Below are positions 11,724 to 23,835 of a stretch of 64,000 nt of DNA, piece after piece. Source of the stretch: Blepharisma stoltei ATCC 30299 (lineage: Eukaryota > Protista > Ciliophora). The position numbers and the translations under genes are program-made. The notes under the pieces are model-generated. The model was not told the origin of the DNA. It saw only the letters and a program-made list of their open reading frames with translations, and did no database searches. Location of the stretch: NCBI GenBank assembly GCA_965603825.1, contig CBFDEM010000004.1, positions 682,001-746,000 on the forward strand. Direction: 5' to 3'. The first letter of the stretch is position 1; each line of letters starts with the position of its first letter.

Positions 11724-12185
11724 TTATGAGTTAACATTAGCTCTTTTCTTCATCATCTCTACCCACCTTTGATCAGGGATATTTTTAGCCCAAAACGGGT
11801 GTGGCATTTGTATTTTTTTCATTATATTCTTAATTTGTTCAACCTTCTCTGGTGTCATTGGGATATCCCTTTTCACTTCTGGCAGCTTTTCATCTGTTTT
11901 TTCTTCTCCTTCGTCTGAATCAGACTCGCTCGGACAAATTTGATATTGCGGCTCTTCTTCTCCTTCATCAAATGAAGCTTCCCAGTCTTGACTTGAACTT
12001 GCATTAACTGATTCCTGGAAGCATTCAATCGGATCAATGGTCGCTGCAACTGTAATTGCATAATCTAAGTCAAGCTTGCTAAGCTCCCTATCAATGATCC
12101 CATCAACATCAATTCCTTCTAATTTCCCGTCCAGTTCTCTATTAATCGCTTCAACTGGGTCACTTTCAGAAGGTTCTGAGTTCAT
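11724..12185 (-). CDS. Acidic protein with MEA1-like C-terminus
   Basis: EKVEQIKNIMKKIQMPHPFWAKNIPDQRW resembles the male-enhanced antigen 1 motif. Confidence 0.55.
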   Translation of the reverse strand: MNSEPSESDPVEAINRELDGKLEGIDVDGIIDRELSKLDLDYAITVAATIDPIECFQESVNASSSQDWEASFDEGEEEPQYQICPSESDSDEGEEKTDEKLPEVKRDIPMTPEKVEQIKNIMKKIQMPHPFWAKNIPDQRWVEMMKKRANVNS

Positions 12186-12237
12186 ATTAATTTACTAAAT
12201 TTCCTAAATAGCCAAGCGCGCTAATATAGTTTTCAAA

Positions 12238-13092
12238 ATGGAGCTATCAGACGGCGAAGATCTAAGTGACTCAGAAATGATTGACGTTTCTGTGGACTTT
12301 TTAAAGTTTAAGGCTACAAATGTCATTGATAACTTGAAAGAACTGATTCCATTTAACATGACAGATGGGTATGGGAGGACACTTCTGCATTGGGCTTCTT
12401 ATGAAGGGAAAATCAAGAAGGTAAAGTTTCTGGTAGAAAATGCAATGCAGGACCTCAGTTTGAGGGACTTTTCGGGGTTCAATGCTCTTGAATTGGCTGC
12501 AAAAAGGGGTCATAGCAAAGTGATTGACTTTTTAAGTGAAGCGGGATTAGAATGTAGAGTGGTTGATCCAAATCTTAGGCTCAATCCAGATGTCAGCTTA
12601 TTGAGAGAAGGCCAAATTGCTGCTGCAATTTATGCTGACAACTTAGAAGAGCTGCGATTGAAATTTGAGGGCTATGTCACAAATATCAATGGCTGGTTTT
12701 CTCTTCCAGAGTTTTACGAATACACCTTGGTCGGAATCTCATGCTGACAGCTTTCACCAAAGTGTCTGGAATGGCTTATATCTAAAGGTGCAATGATCAA
12801 ACTTGAAAACAACGATGGCTCCAAGCCTCTTGACAATTGCCTTGAAGCTCTTCTTGGCGCTATGCCACCTGAAAGTGAAGAAGAATTTATTCAAGTCAAC
12901 ACTGGAATCGAGTGCTTAATAATTTTGCTTGACCGAATAAAAGACTATACGCCTTATCTTCCCAGACTTCGGATGCTCTTTGCGAGATCCAGAAATGCAG
13001 GTAAAGGCTCTTCAACAGCTGGGAATGACTATGAAAGAGAAGTCATCAACAAACTAATTCGAATGGGTTTATTAATTTCCAAATATGTGTAA
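12238..13092 (+). CDS. Ankyrin-repeat protein
   Basis: GRTLLHWASYEG, GFNALELAAKRGH, GSKPLD. Two ORFs joined by TGA 12745-12747. Confidence 0.85.
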
Positions 13093-13126
13093 TTCGATGT
13101 GCTTATAAAATTTAAATAATTAAAAT

Positions 13127-15865
13127 ATGACTAATCGTACTTTGAGAAAAAGAATTGGGATATATGTGCTAGTCCCACTTTTACTTGGAATAATTTTGAT
13201 TTCACTTGCAAGCTCAATCCCACTCTATGTAAAGGTCCCAAAGTTAATAAATGATGTAGTTGATAATATAAGTGATGACCAAAACGACATTATGGAAACC
13301 ACAAGTATTGTAGCAGCCTCTGTAGTCAGTATTATGCTACAAAAACAAATCAACATACTAATTATTATGAAAACCCTTATGGATAAATATTACAACAAAA
13401 ACCTTTCAATTAAAGAAAATTGGGTTGGGAACAAATCTTATGTTAATGCATATAAGCTTGCACAGACACTTACAGCAAACAATTCATGAGGGAGAAATTT
13501 TGAAACTTCAATGTGATATTTAGGTCAAAAAATCACAGAAGAAGATCAATTAGATGCTGATAGTAAAGAATATTTATATGATCAAACTATATTTGATTCA
13601 TTTTTAAGACCAGTTGGCCAGATTGATAAAATAAACAATGAAGTTTACACGGCTTATGATTCCAACGGCTTTTTTTATTATATTCCATCGAGTTATCAAC
13701 AGTTTTTTTTAAGCAACAGCACAAACTGTTACAATGCTACAGGATTTGAACCAAGATGTAGGCCATGATATGCAGCTGTTAGATCAAGCAATTACCATGA
13801 AGAAGTTATATTGACTCTTCCATATCTATTTGCGGAAACCAACACTTTGGGGCAAACCGCTTGTGATGGGTTTTGGAGCTCAAATATTAATTTATATCAA
13901 GCCACTTGTTTAGACTACAAACTTGACAAGGAGCAGGTCAGCAATCTTCCGGAAAATTCCTACGCTTTTATTTTGGATGACAACTTAAAGGTGTTTTACC
14001 ATCCAAAATTAAATAGGAGTGACTCAAATGTATATAGAATATCAGACCTTGAATTCGGACTTGACGATTATTCCAACAAAAACAGTGAGCTCAACAAATT
14101 TGAGTCAAAAATTCTTCCTCTTTTCGAAGCAAATATCTCACAAGTAAGTCATTATACAAACCACGGAGAAAGCATGTAACTTCCAATTAGACTTATTGGA
14201 GTATCTCCTGTATTTTTAAAAACTCAGCTCTACTCCTCCCCTACAAAATATTACTCAATAGGAATTGCGTTAAAAGATGAAAAAATAAAGGCAAGACTTC
14301 TAGATCTCCGAACATCGATTCAGCATATGATAATTTACGAGGGAGTTTTTTATTCGTTTTTTGTCATTATTGTTGGAGTTATTGGAATTTTGTAAGAGAC
14401 ATGTAGTTCTTCAAGAGTGATATCTCGGTCAATTACAGAGCCTCTTGATGAATTATCGAAAATTATTGATAGACTTCTGGTTGAAGATTTAGAAGTGAAA
14501 ATCCCTGATAAAGAAGAATATACAGAACTGATACAGAGGCTTTTTAAAGTGTTTAAAGGTTTGAAGACTGTGCTGAGGTTTAGAAAGCAAGGAGGGGTAA
14601 TTGGAAATGAAGCAGAAATGCTGATTCAGTATGCTGATTCTTTTACATTATTTAATCAGTATTATAATTTGAGAGGAATGGAAATATGCATGAGCAGGAT
14701 CGCATATATTCATTATAGTAATAAAAGATATGTGGAAGCACAGGAAGCGATGCAGATGGCACTAGCTATAACTGTTAAAATGCAGCAAAAATTGAGCCCT
14801 TCTTATATAAAGATGGTCAAGAAGTTAAAAGAACAGTTGGCTGATATATTAATAGACTCATCATTAGAAACAAAAAACAAGCACTGGCCTACAATTATTT
14901 CTCTATTAAGTGACTTGGAAAATTCTTCAAACACAAGAATAAAGCTTAAACTCAGTTTAGCTCTAGCGAAAGGTGGAAAAATTAGTGAAGCTCAAGAAAA
15001 ACTAGCTCCCATAGAAGAAGAGCTTGATGAAAACTCCCCATATGCCGAAATGTTCTTATACTTAAAAGGAGTTCTATTAAGCTCAGTCAAAAAATTCAGA
15101 TCTGCAGCTCTCATTTTCAAGCAGTGCTTGGAATTAAATTCCCACTATGATCCATGAGTAAGAAAAGCATGCTTAATTGAACTGAAAAATATTTTCATAA
15201 ATGCTGGAATAAAAAAAGATAAAGTTAAAAGAAAACTTAAATGAGACAAAAATTTTGTTAAAGAAGTCGTTCTTTTGCATGATTACGGAATAACGATAAA
15301 AGGACCTAAAAATTTGAGAGCGCTGAAATGCTTTTCAACTATGATTGATTCGCTGTCAAACAACGATAAAGTAAGCTTTGTATTATCTTCAAAACTCCCA
15401 GAAATTGTATTTAAACTCAGTTTGGCTTCAAAAAACACAGCTTATATGAAAAATGCAATTATGGCTTGTGACTCCCCACATGGGAGCTCGTGTATATATG
15501 ATGGAATTTCTGCAGCAATAATGCAATTTAATTCTACTGATGTCGAAAAAGAGGGGTGTTTTGTGTTTGATGAAAAAAAGCATTCAAAAGCTATTCCAAT
15601 AAGATGAATTATAGCAGTGTCGAATGGCGAAGATTTTTCTAAAAAGCATAATCCTAAAACCATTAGAAATTTACTTATCGCATATAAATGTGGGCTAGTA
15701 ATTATTGGGTTTTCTTTAAAAGATCAGCTAAAAAACGATCTTTTAAATCTATGTGACTCAATTCCAAATGGCTACTTTATTGATTGCAAGTCTAATAGAA
15801 TAGCAGAAGCATTTCAGGAAGCAATTGAAGCTATCACCGCAGAAAACATCATTTTGCCATTCTAA
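13127..15865 (+). CDS. Membrane receptor-like protein: TM-dCache-TM-HAMP-TPR-VWA (about 902 aa); two introns
   Basis: Five ORFs joined by six TGA=Trp and introns 14176-14190 and 14392-14406. FEPRCRPWY and YAFILD..LKVFYHP (dCache); ITEPLDELSKIIDRL (HAMP); TPR-like helices; VVLLHD...IYDGI...WIIAVSNGED...LVIIG (VWA). Confidence 0.8.
14176..14190 (+). other. 15-nt intron
   Basis: gtaacttccaattag; removes a TAA. Confidence 0.88.
14392..14406 (+). other. 15-nt intron
   Basis: gtaagagacatgtag; removes a TAA. Confidence 0.85.
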
Positions 15866-16066
15866 GTTCGATATTATTGCATGGCGACAATTAAGTATAA
15901 TTAAGCAATTTTTGTTTTTATTTTTCTTCAATTATTAAATTGCTCTCAAACATTTTATACTAATATCACTGCTAAATAAGTTCAAATAACTTAAATTAAA
16001 TTTATTTAAGATTTAATACCATTTATTGCTAAACTATAAATTTTTAAATAGCATTTATTTCTCTAA

Positions 16067-16906
16067 ATGAAAGCTAAATATTTATCCTCATATCATTCTC
16101 AAACAACAAGCACAGAAACAGATCCTTATTCTATGATTGGCGATCCAGACCTCGCACTTGAATCTCATCGTAAGAGAATAAGAAAAAGGCAATTTGAATC
16201 TTTTGACTTTGACATTCCAAGTGAAAGCCCAACCTCAGAACTAATAACTTCAGTAGCTGAATATAAAGATTTGAATAATAAACTTGCGAATATTGAAAAC
16301 AGAATAAAATTTCTACAAAGAAAAGAAATTAGAGGTAAAAAGGAAGAGGAAAAACAGAAGCAGAAAGAAAAAGCTGAGCTGGCAGCTCAAATTCGACTGC
16401 TGGAGGAAAAAGAAAGAAAAATGATAAATAAAATAAAATTAACAGAGGATCAAGAATTTCAAAGAAAAGCTATAGGAAATGCAAAAAGAAATAGAGAAAA
16501 CATTTTAAAGCAAAAAAGATTAATGCTAGAAGCTAGAAATAGAAAATTTGCGAGAAAAATAAAAGAAGAGAATGCAAGATTAAAAAAATTGAGATCAGAA
16601 TCTACACAGCCAATTTCATCTTCTCCAATTCACAGATCATCAGACTTTCCTGCAAGAACGAAAGAAATACTGCAGGAGCTGCAGAAAAGCAAAGCCACAA
16701 ATAGGGTTATGCAAAAAATTGAGGAAACGAAGAAGCTTTCTATTGAAATTAAAGATAGAATTAAAAATTTAGAAGCAAAAGAAGAGTCCCTCCTATATAG
16801 CTTAAAAAGCTCCTTTGCTCATCATTTACCTGAACTTAGACTTATTTCTAGGCTCAGCAGAAGTTTTGATTCCTCTCCATTCGCCAATTCAGCAGAAAGC
16901 AGGTAA
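16067..16906 (+). CDS. Coiled-coil protein of unknown function
   Basis: 279-aa K/E/R-rich ORF. Confidence 0.7.
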   Translation: MKAKYLSSYHSQTTSTETDPYSMIGDPDLALESHRKRIRKRQFESFDFDIPSESPTSELITSVAEYKDLNNKLANIENRIKFLQRKEIRGKKEEEKQKQKEKAELAAQIRLLEEKERKMINKIKLTEDQEFQRKAIGNAKRNRENILKQKRLMLEARNRKFARKIKEENARLKKLRSESTQPISSSPIHRSSDFPARTKEILQELQKSKATNRVMQKIEETKKLSIEIKDRIKNLEAKEESLLYSLKSSFAHHLPELRLISRLSRSFDSSPFANSAESR

Positions 16907-17120
16907 TCGAATAGTTCAATGAAAAGATATCTAATTTTTCTTTTCGACTCTATTTGATATTTTTGAACCCATTTAAATAACTTTTTATCAATTTTAGAAC
17001 AAAATTTATTATCCATGTTCTACAATTACACATCAAAATAATTAGATAAATTCAGTGAACACTCATAACCATCTTTTAATATCAGATCTTTTTCAAGCTA
17101 AATATCCAGTAATTAATAAA

Positions 17121-18098
17121 ATGAGGACAATCGAGATAGAAACAGCTTGTGGTAAACTAGGCATTATGAGAGGTGTGACTGTCAACGACACATATGTGGT
17201 TTATCGCCTAGGCAATTCAGAGGATAAAACAGAAATCTGTGAAGGTGGAGGAAAATTTCCTTTTTGAAATAAAGTCTGCTCAATCAAAGGCAGGGATCCA
17301 AAAATTCTAATGAAAGTTTATACCACCAATCCCAGTGGAGACATTTTGATTGGCAGCTCACGAATAGATGTGAAGGATGGCGAAAAGTGGGTAGATATTG
17401 TAAGAGACCAAGCCGGTGCTGGGCAGATAAAAATTAAAATGACAATAAAAGATGCTCAACCATCAGCAGAAGCTGCAGGCCCTAAATTAGCACAGAGCCA
17501 AACAACTCGACGTCCTCCAGAGATAGTTGCACAAGCTTCTATGGCTAATTCTAACTCCAAAGGTGGAGAAAAATTGGCTGAAAGCCAATCTCAACAGCTT
17601 GAAATGGATTATACAAAAAATGAGTCTATGAAAATGACAGAAGAAACAAAAGAAGCCCAACACCAAGGACCTTTTGGCTGTCCAATAACTCAGCATATGA
17701 TGCTTTCAATGCCAACTGGTCCATTTCCAGAGCATTATTCATACTTGTACGAGCAGGCAGGGATGAATAAGCAAGAAGAAATTCAAATTCCTCAGCCTTC
17801 GCCTCAAGATTTCAGCCGAGACATGATGTTTTATGGAGGAGGGCATATGTTTGGATCAATGGTGAATTTCCAAGGCCTCCCAAACAATTTCGTTGATCCT
17901 TCAGGGAGACAGAATCTTTGTGAAAATCCTTCGCATAATGCGTATTATGGGATGCCAGCTTATAATAGCTTTAATCCTTATTATTCACAAAACATGTACC
18001 AAATTCCACAGAATCAGCGCAATATTCAAACAAATCCTTATGTCAATGGCCAGCAAGGACCATATATGTATTATCAGCAAGATCCGAACTTCAAGTAA
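17121..18098 (+). CDS. C2-domain protein with Q/N/P/Y-rich low-complexity tail
   Basis: DTYVVYRLG...KTEICEGGGKFPF[TGA=W]NK...DILIGSSRID...GQIKIKM, a C2 pattern. Confidence 0.75.
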
Positions 18099-18682
18099 GT
18101 AATATGATTATTAATGAATATCTGCAAATATAATCAAATTTGTAAGGTTGAACAATAATTTAAATTATATTTAAATAGAGTTTTAAATCTTTTTTAAGAA
18201 AAGATTATGATTTTGCTTGTATATTATCTTGGCTTATCTCTTTTAGAAAGAAATAATTAGGCTTTTCAATAAATTCGATAATTTTTTATATTTTGATTTT
18301 TACTAGGTATTCAATTTCTTAATTTATTAGATTTTGTAAGTTTTCTACTGATATCTAAAATGGCTGATAAATTTATTTTATTTACTTTACTGTAAATATT
18401 TTCAATCTATAACAATTCAATACTTGTTTTACGCTATTTTCATATTTCAAAAGGATTTACATTTAATATACAAGTAATTTAGCTAATTAACAGCAAAATC
18501 GATAAGAAATTGATAAGATTGTAGATTATTATAAATAGCTGGTTCTATAGTTTAATGCTCATGCTAGGCTACGAATTAATAAATAAATAACTAAGTTCAT
18601 CAAGGGTGCTACTTAAGTAAAACCATCAACTTTATAGATTAATGCCTAATTAAAAATAATTTTTAAAGAACAATAAAAAATA

Positions 18683-19579
18683 ATGGGAGGAATTCTACCT
18701 ATTCAAACTTTGCCCGTTGCTGTAGTGAACACAGTATCGGCAGAATGCCCTATCTGTCTTCAACCATTTGATTCTGATCTCATCATCCCAAAGATGATAA
18801 AATGTGGACATACAATGTGCTCAATTTGCTTAGAAAAATTAAAATCAGATATCGGTTCTGTATGCTCGATATGCAAATCATTAGACCCAGAAAACATCAA
18901 AAATTTACCCACAAATTATGCGATTTTGCAAATAAATGAAACTCAATATAATTCAAAGATGTGCATCAAGCATGGGCTTGAATATGGATGCTATTGCAAA
19001 AAAGACAATAAACTCTTGTGCTGAAACTGTGCTGAAGAGCATAGTAATCATAAATGCATACCTTTAAACAGCTCAAAAACTGAAAAAATTATTGATAAAA
19101 TTAATCATAGGTTCTTATGTGAAGAAGATTTTCTCTTGAAAAAATTGGAAGATATAGAAAGCAAGAGGATGGAGTTGCATGAATGCATGGAAGAAGTTGA
19201 AAAATCTGTGCAAATTCAGATAGATTCCCTGAATAAAACGCGAGATGATTTGATTGCTAAATTAAATTTTGCAACAGATGAATGCATAAAAAAGGTTGAA
19301 AAAACATACAAAAAATCAAAAATTATGGCAGCAGACGAGGCTTTACAAGCTGCAGCTAATGATGTCAAAAATGAATATAGAAAAATCTTAGAGCAAAAAG
19401 AAAAGTATGAAAAATCTCCAAAAGAAAAGAAACTTTTATATTTCAAAATGAAAACTTTAAAGCATAAAAGATGAGCATTGCCTTCCGTTGGCAAATTTTC
19501 CAGCATAGTCGAGGAGCTCAAAGATGACCAAAATTACTCGGAAAATATTTTAGCTGAATTCGAAAAGCTTATAATGTAA
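18683..19579 (+). CDS. RING + B-box + coiled-coil (TRIM-like) E3 ligase
   Basis: CPIC...CGHTMCSIC...CSIC RING; CIKH...YCKKDNKLLC[W]NCAEEHSNH B-box; coiled coil. Two TGA=Trp. Confidence 0.82.
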
Positions 19580-19628
19580 ATTAATTAATCTGAATTAATT
19601 AAAGCTAATAACAATATTATCGTAAATA

Positions 19629-20915
19629 TTATCTTTTGTTCAAGCTATCAAATTTATGTGACAATAAAGTAATTGAACATTTGAATTTTTCAAGATTTGC
19701 TTCAACCTTTAAAACTCTCTCCGAAAGATCACTTAATATTGCTTCATTATCATCTGCATCAATCCCCAGCTCTTCTCTAATTTTATTGAATGATCGAGTT
19801 TGAGTTTGTACTGAGTCTCATGCATTGATTTTTTCTTCAGATGTGCTAAATTTGGATTTTGTATAAGTAAAAGCCCTTTTAATAGTTGCTATTGCTGAAT
19901 TGGTTAGCAGAATTTCTTTTAAAGCTTTCTCTTCGCTGCTTGTAAGTGTAAAGATATGAGTAAGCGTCACAAACAAAAATGAAAGAACTACACTGCCAAG
20001 GAATGAGCTCAAAGCAATAGTTATTCTTCCCAAATTAGTAGCTGGAAAGAAATCTCCATATCCAATTGTAAAAATGGTGACAATTACATTTCATATAGCA
20101 TTTCCTGGATAATCAAAATCAACAGCAGACCTTTTCATTGGCCTTTCGAAAATTCTCATTGTCGATGCAAATATCAATGTTCCAGGTAATAATAAGAAAA
20201 GAAAAAGCATGGCCATCGGGTTTTGATTTACATAGCATTTTAGTGAAAAATAAGGACTTGGCGGAACATCATATTTTTCACAATATCTCATAGCAATAGG
20301 GTTCTGATAACTTCCATAATTGAATAATACAAATATTAAAAATGCTCATCTAAAGAACATCATAGCATAAAATAATTCAGCCCAGAAATAGCAGATATTG
20401 ACTTCTTGATACAGTATTTGTTGCCGAAGAGTAAATGTGGCGTTAAGTCCAGGATAAGGAAAAATAATATTTACACAAAACGCGAAAATTGTGTCTCCTC
20501 CTAAATAATCTCTTCAGGTTGCTTTCTTTTTCAATTTAGAATACTCTGAAAGGGAAATTTTTGCTAGACAAGGGAGCTCTCGATATGTTGAAGGTATATG
20601 TTTTCTTCATTTAATATAATAATAGCGATAAGGTATTAAGAGAATAATTGAAATGAGGCAAAGGATCATGACTAAAAATCTTGGAGATGAGTTGTGATCT
20701 GTGTCAAGGTCACAATTTTCAGCATTTCTAGCCTCAGAAAATCTCATTTCATAATCAGTACCAGCAGGAAAAACTGAAACAGCTGAGAATATCGCTGAGG
20801 CAAGCCTGAATATTCTTCATCTATTTAAAAGAATTTGAGACTGTTGAACTTCGCCTATCACCTCATTTTTCTTGTGAACGAGGTTGAAATTACGGCTAAA
20901 TTGAATCTTCGCCAT
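19629..20915 (-). CDS. SK-like (small-conductance Ca-activated type) 6TM potassium channel
   Basis: Continuous frame from ATG 20915 with six TGA=Trp; MRIFERP and pore NAI[W]NVIVTIFTIGYGDFFPATNLGR. Confidence 0.88.
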
Positions 20916-21839
20916 AATTTAAATATAAAATATGAGTATGATAAATTTTTCAATTTATTTGGATCAAATTAAAAATGATTATGATGGCTAGGAAACTTCT
21001 CATTCAAGGCTCTTGTACAAGCAAAAATCTATATCTCAAACTTACTTCAAGCCTTTAATATATGAATTTTAATCAGTATTAAGAGAAAAGGCTAGACATT
21101 ATGCAAGAAATCCAACTCATTACATAAGAAAATTTTCTTTGGGGTTTATTGATTTAATTTGTTAAAATTTAAATAATTTTAACACTAATTGAAATGGCCA
21201 TACAAGATCAATATGAACAATAATTTGAAATATTAAACTATTTATTATAATTTATCCGTTTATTATCTATATTCACACTTACTATTGAACCTATATGCAT
21301 GCCATTGAAGAAATAATAATTTTATCTTGAATTAATAATTAATAAAGCCTAACTTCTCATTAATTATTCCATAATAATGTTATATGAATGTTGAGTATTT
21401 TACTATAATAAAATGACTTTTAGTGGAATGAGCTCTTATAGAGAACTTTTCCTCTTATTGCATATTCATTATTATTGAGTTCAGTTGCTACAGATATAAC
21501 TTTATCCAGCTATAGCCGGAAAACCTAGCGCACAAGCTGGAAAAGCTGGTCCTTGAATTCACGAGGCACAGCTTTAAATACTTGATATTTTTGAATGAAG
21601 ACACTTAGGCAGAAAATGCGCAGAAGTCAAGCTCAGGGTGAGTTAAGGTTCCTGTGAAGTCCTTTGACCAACTAGGCCTTCATAATTTTGATTTTCTAGT
21701 AATTCCAATAAAAAGGCAGAGGAAAAGGCTTATGAGTAATATGCACATTCAACTTGCCAAAAAAGATATCAGTTAATATAAATTCCCTTAATTAGCCAAA
21801 ATTTGCTTATTATTAGGAGGAGTAAACTAGCATATTATA

Positions 21840-22439
21840 ATGTTTAGTATTTTAAAGATCGCTGCAATAATATGCGTTCTGATATTCGACACAAGTGGAT
21901 GCTCAAATTTGATATTTATTTATCTGATTATGTTTGGTGGAATTGATTTTTACGAGCTTTTTTTCAATATTGGTGTCCTATGCTATGCAAATGGAGGGCA
22001 ACGGCACATTTCTTCTTGGCTTGTGAATATTATGTTAGCATCATGCGAAAGGTAATGATTATGAAGCTTCAGGATGATTATATCAGTCGCTATGTCAGTT
22101 GAAATAATTAGAGACAGAAATTGTGTTATACATAGTATAATGGGAATATTAGCTATGTGCCTTTGTGCTATGACTTATTTTAAATGCATAATGTTGATGA
22201 TTTACGCGCTGCTATGACTTTGCTACAGGAAAAGGAAGAGAAGAGAATTGCAGGAAACTGTTGATAGCTTAAGACAATATTTGACTCCTATGCCTGAAGG
22301 AGAGATTTGCTCTATATGTATGGATCATGAAGTAAGAGAAAGTGTGGTTTTGCGATGCAACCATTGATTCCACAGAAGTTGCCTTGAAGAATGAATACAA
22401 CGAAGAATGGCTTGCCCTATGTGCCGAAGGCCATTGTAA
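21840..22439 (+). CDS. Multi-pass membrane RING-H2 E3 ligase; one intron
   Basis: TM helices, then CSIC...CNH[W]FHRSCLEE[W]IQRRMACPMCR after intron 22052-22066. Start codon uncertain. Confidence 0.8.
22052..22066 (+). other. 15-nt intron
   Basis: gtaatgattatgaag; removes a TAA. Confidence 0.82.
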
Positions 22440-22511
22440 TATAAATTAAAAAAATTATTAACTATCTCAAATTAAATAAACCAAAAAAATGCAATTTGTA
22501 TAATTTATTAA

Positions 22512-23111
22512 ATGGAAGAACTTCCTACTTTAAAAATCCTTACATTGGGGGATGCTAGTGTTGGAAAAACTTCAATTCTCCTACGTTTTTCAGAAGACGA
22601 ATTTCCGAAAACAACTATGCCGACAATAGGAATTGAATATAAAACAAAATACGCTGAGATCTCAGGAAGAGCAATAAAACTTCAAGTTTGGGATACCGCA
22701 GGACAAGAAAGATACCACCGAACTCTTGCCAGCACATTTTATAGGCGAGCAAATGGGATTGTTTTAGTATTTGATTTGACTGATAAGACTTCTCTTGAAC
22801 ATGTAGAAAGCTGGATGAAACAAATCCGAGCAAAGGCCGATCCCAAAGTGGCGATTATCCTTGTAGGAAATAAAATGGATTTGATAGATCAAAACGAATT
22901 TCCTGAAGGCAAATCCCTTGCAGATTCTTATGGGATCCCTTTTATTATGGTGAGTGCTAAAACTGGCAAAAATGTCGTAGAAGCATTTAATACTCTTTCG
23001 GAAATGATCGTCATGCATGATCCTTCTGCTCTGCAAGATAACGCAGCCACCACAGAAACTTTAACCCAAAGACATAAGCCTCCACCTAGCAACCAATGCT
23101 GTAGCAGTTAA
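22512..23111 (+). CDS. Rab GTPase (Rab8/Rab1-like)
   Basis: GDASVGKT, WDTAGQE, GNKMD, SAK, C-terminal CC. Confidence 0.93.
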   Translation: MEELPTLKILTLGDASVGKTSILLRFSEDEFPKTTMPTIGIEYKTKYAEISGRAIKLQVWDTAGQERYHRTLASTFYRRANGIVLVFDLTDKTSLEHVESWMKQIRAKADPKVAIILVGNKMDLIDQNEFPEGKSLADSYGIPFIMVSAKTGKNVVEAFNTLSEMIVMHDPSALQDNAATTETLTQRHKPPPSNQCCSS

Positions 23112-23139
23112 ATTACGTTTTAATTTCTTTTTAATTATT

Positions 23140-23769
23140 TTATATGAATAAAAGTGCCAGTGTTAAAGCAGCAAACACGAGGTATAACGCCCCTGCTGCT
23201 ATTTTCACGATCTTTTCAGGTATATGTTTTCCAATAACTTTCCCCAGAATTACTGCCAAAAATCCAATTATTGCAAAACCCATAATTGCTCCAATGGCAA
23301 CAAAAATAGGATTTGATAGCGCGGCTAGTGCCATTATGCTTGTGTTGGACTTATCACCCCATTCAGCAAAAAATACCATTGCAGCAGTTTTCCAAAAAGT
23401 TTTAAACCAAGTTGGATATGATATTAAGGGTTCCTGGTTATCTCCTTCAATTTTTTCGCTTTCTCCAGCATATGCTTCATAAAATGACAAAATTGCATAT
23501 ACCAAAAACATTACACTTGAAGCAATTGCAACCCAGAAAGGATCGATCAAATAAATAACCGCTCCTCCGATAAATGCTGCAATTACAGCAATGAAGGTCA
23601 TAGTCAATTGATTTCCTAGGAAGATAGCAGATCTTGAGTAAGTCATAGCTAAAACTGCGATTATAAAGAAGGTTCTGTCACCAATTTCAGCAATAAAGAT
23701 TGTCAGAAGGGAACTTCCAATTGTTTCTAGTGGAGAACCAGTTGAGATGATAGCTCTTGTGTCAGTCAT
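23140..23769 (-). CDS. GDT1: GDT1/TMEM165 (UPF0016) Ca2+/Mn2+ transporter
   Basis: Two ExGD[KR][ST] motifs: EIGDRT and EWGDKS. Confidence 0.92.
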   Translation of the reverse strand: MTDTRAIISTGSPLETIGSSLLTIFIAEIGDRTFFIIAVLAMTYSRSAIFLGNQLTMTFIAVIAAFIGGAVIYLIDPFWVAIASSVMFLVYAILSFYEAYAGESEKIEGDNQEPLISYPTWFKTFWKTAAMVFFAEWGDKSNTSIMALAALSNPIFVAIGAIMGFAIIGFLAVILGKVIGKHIPEKIVKIAAGALYLVFAALTLALLFI

Positions 23770-23816
23770 TTAATTTTTATAAATAAATATTTTTGCCCTT
23801 TATATTGCACTGTTAC

Positions 23817-23835
23817 TGGACCAGTTGCTGGTCCA
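23817..23835. repeat. Perfect inverted repeat (8-bp arms, 3-nt spacer)
   Basis: tggaccag-ttg-ctggtcca, about 50 nt upstream of the GDT1 start. Confidence 0.8.
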
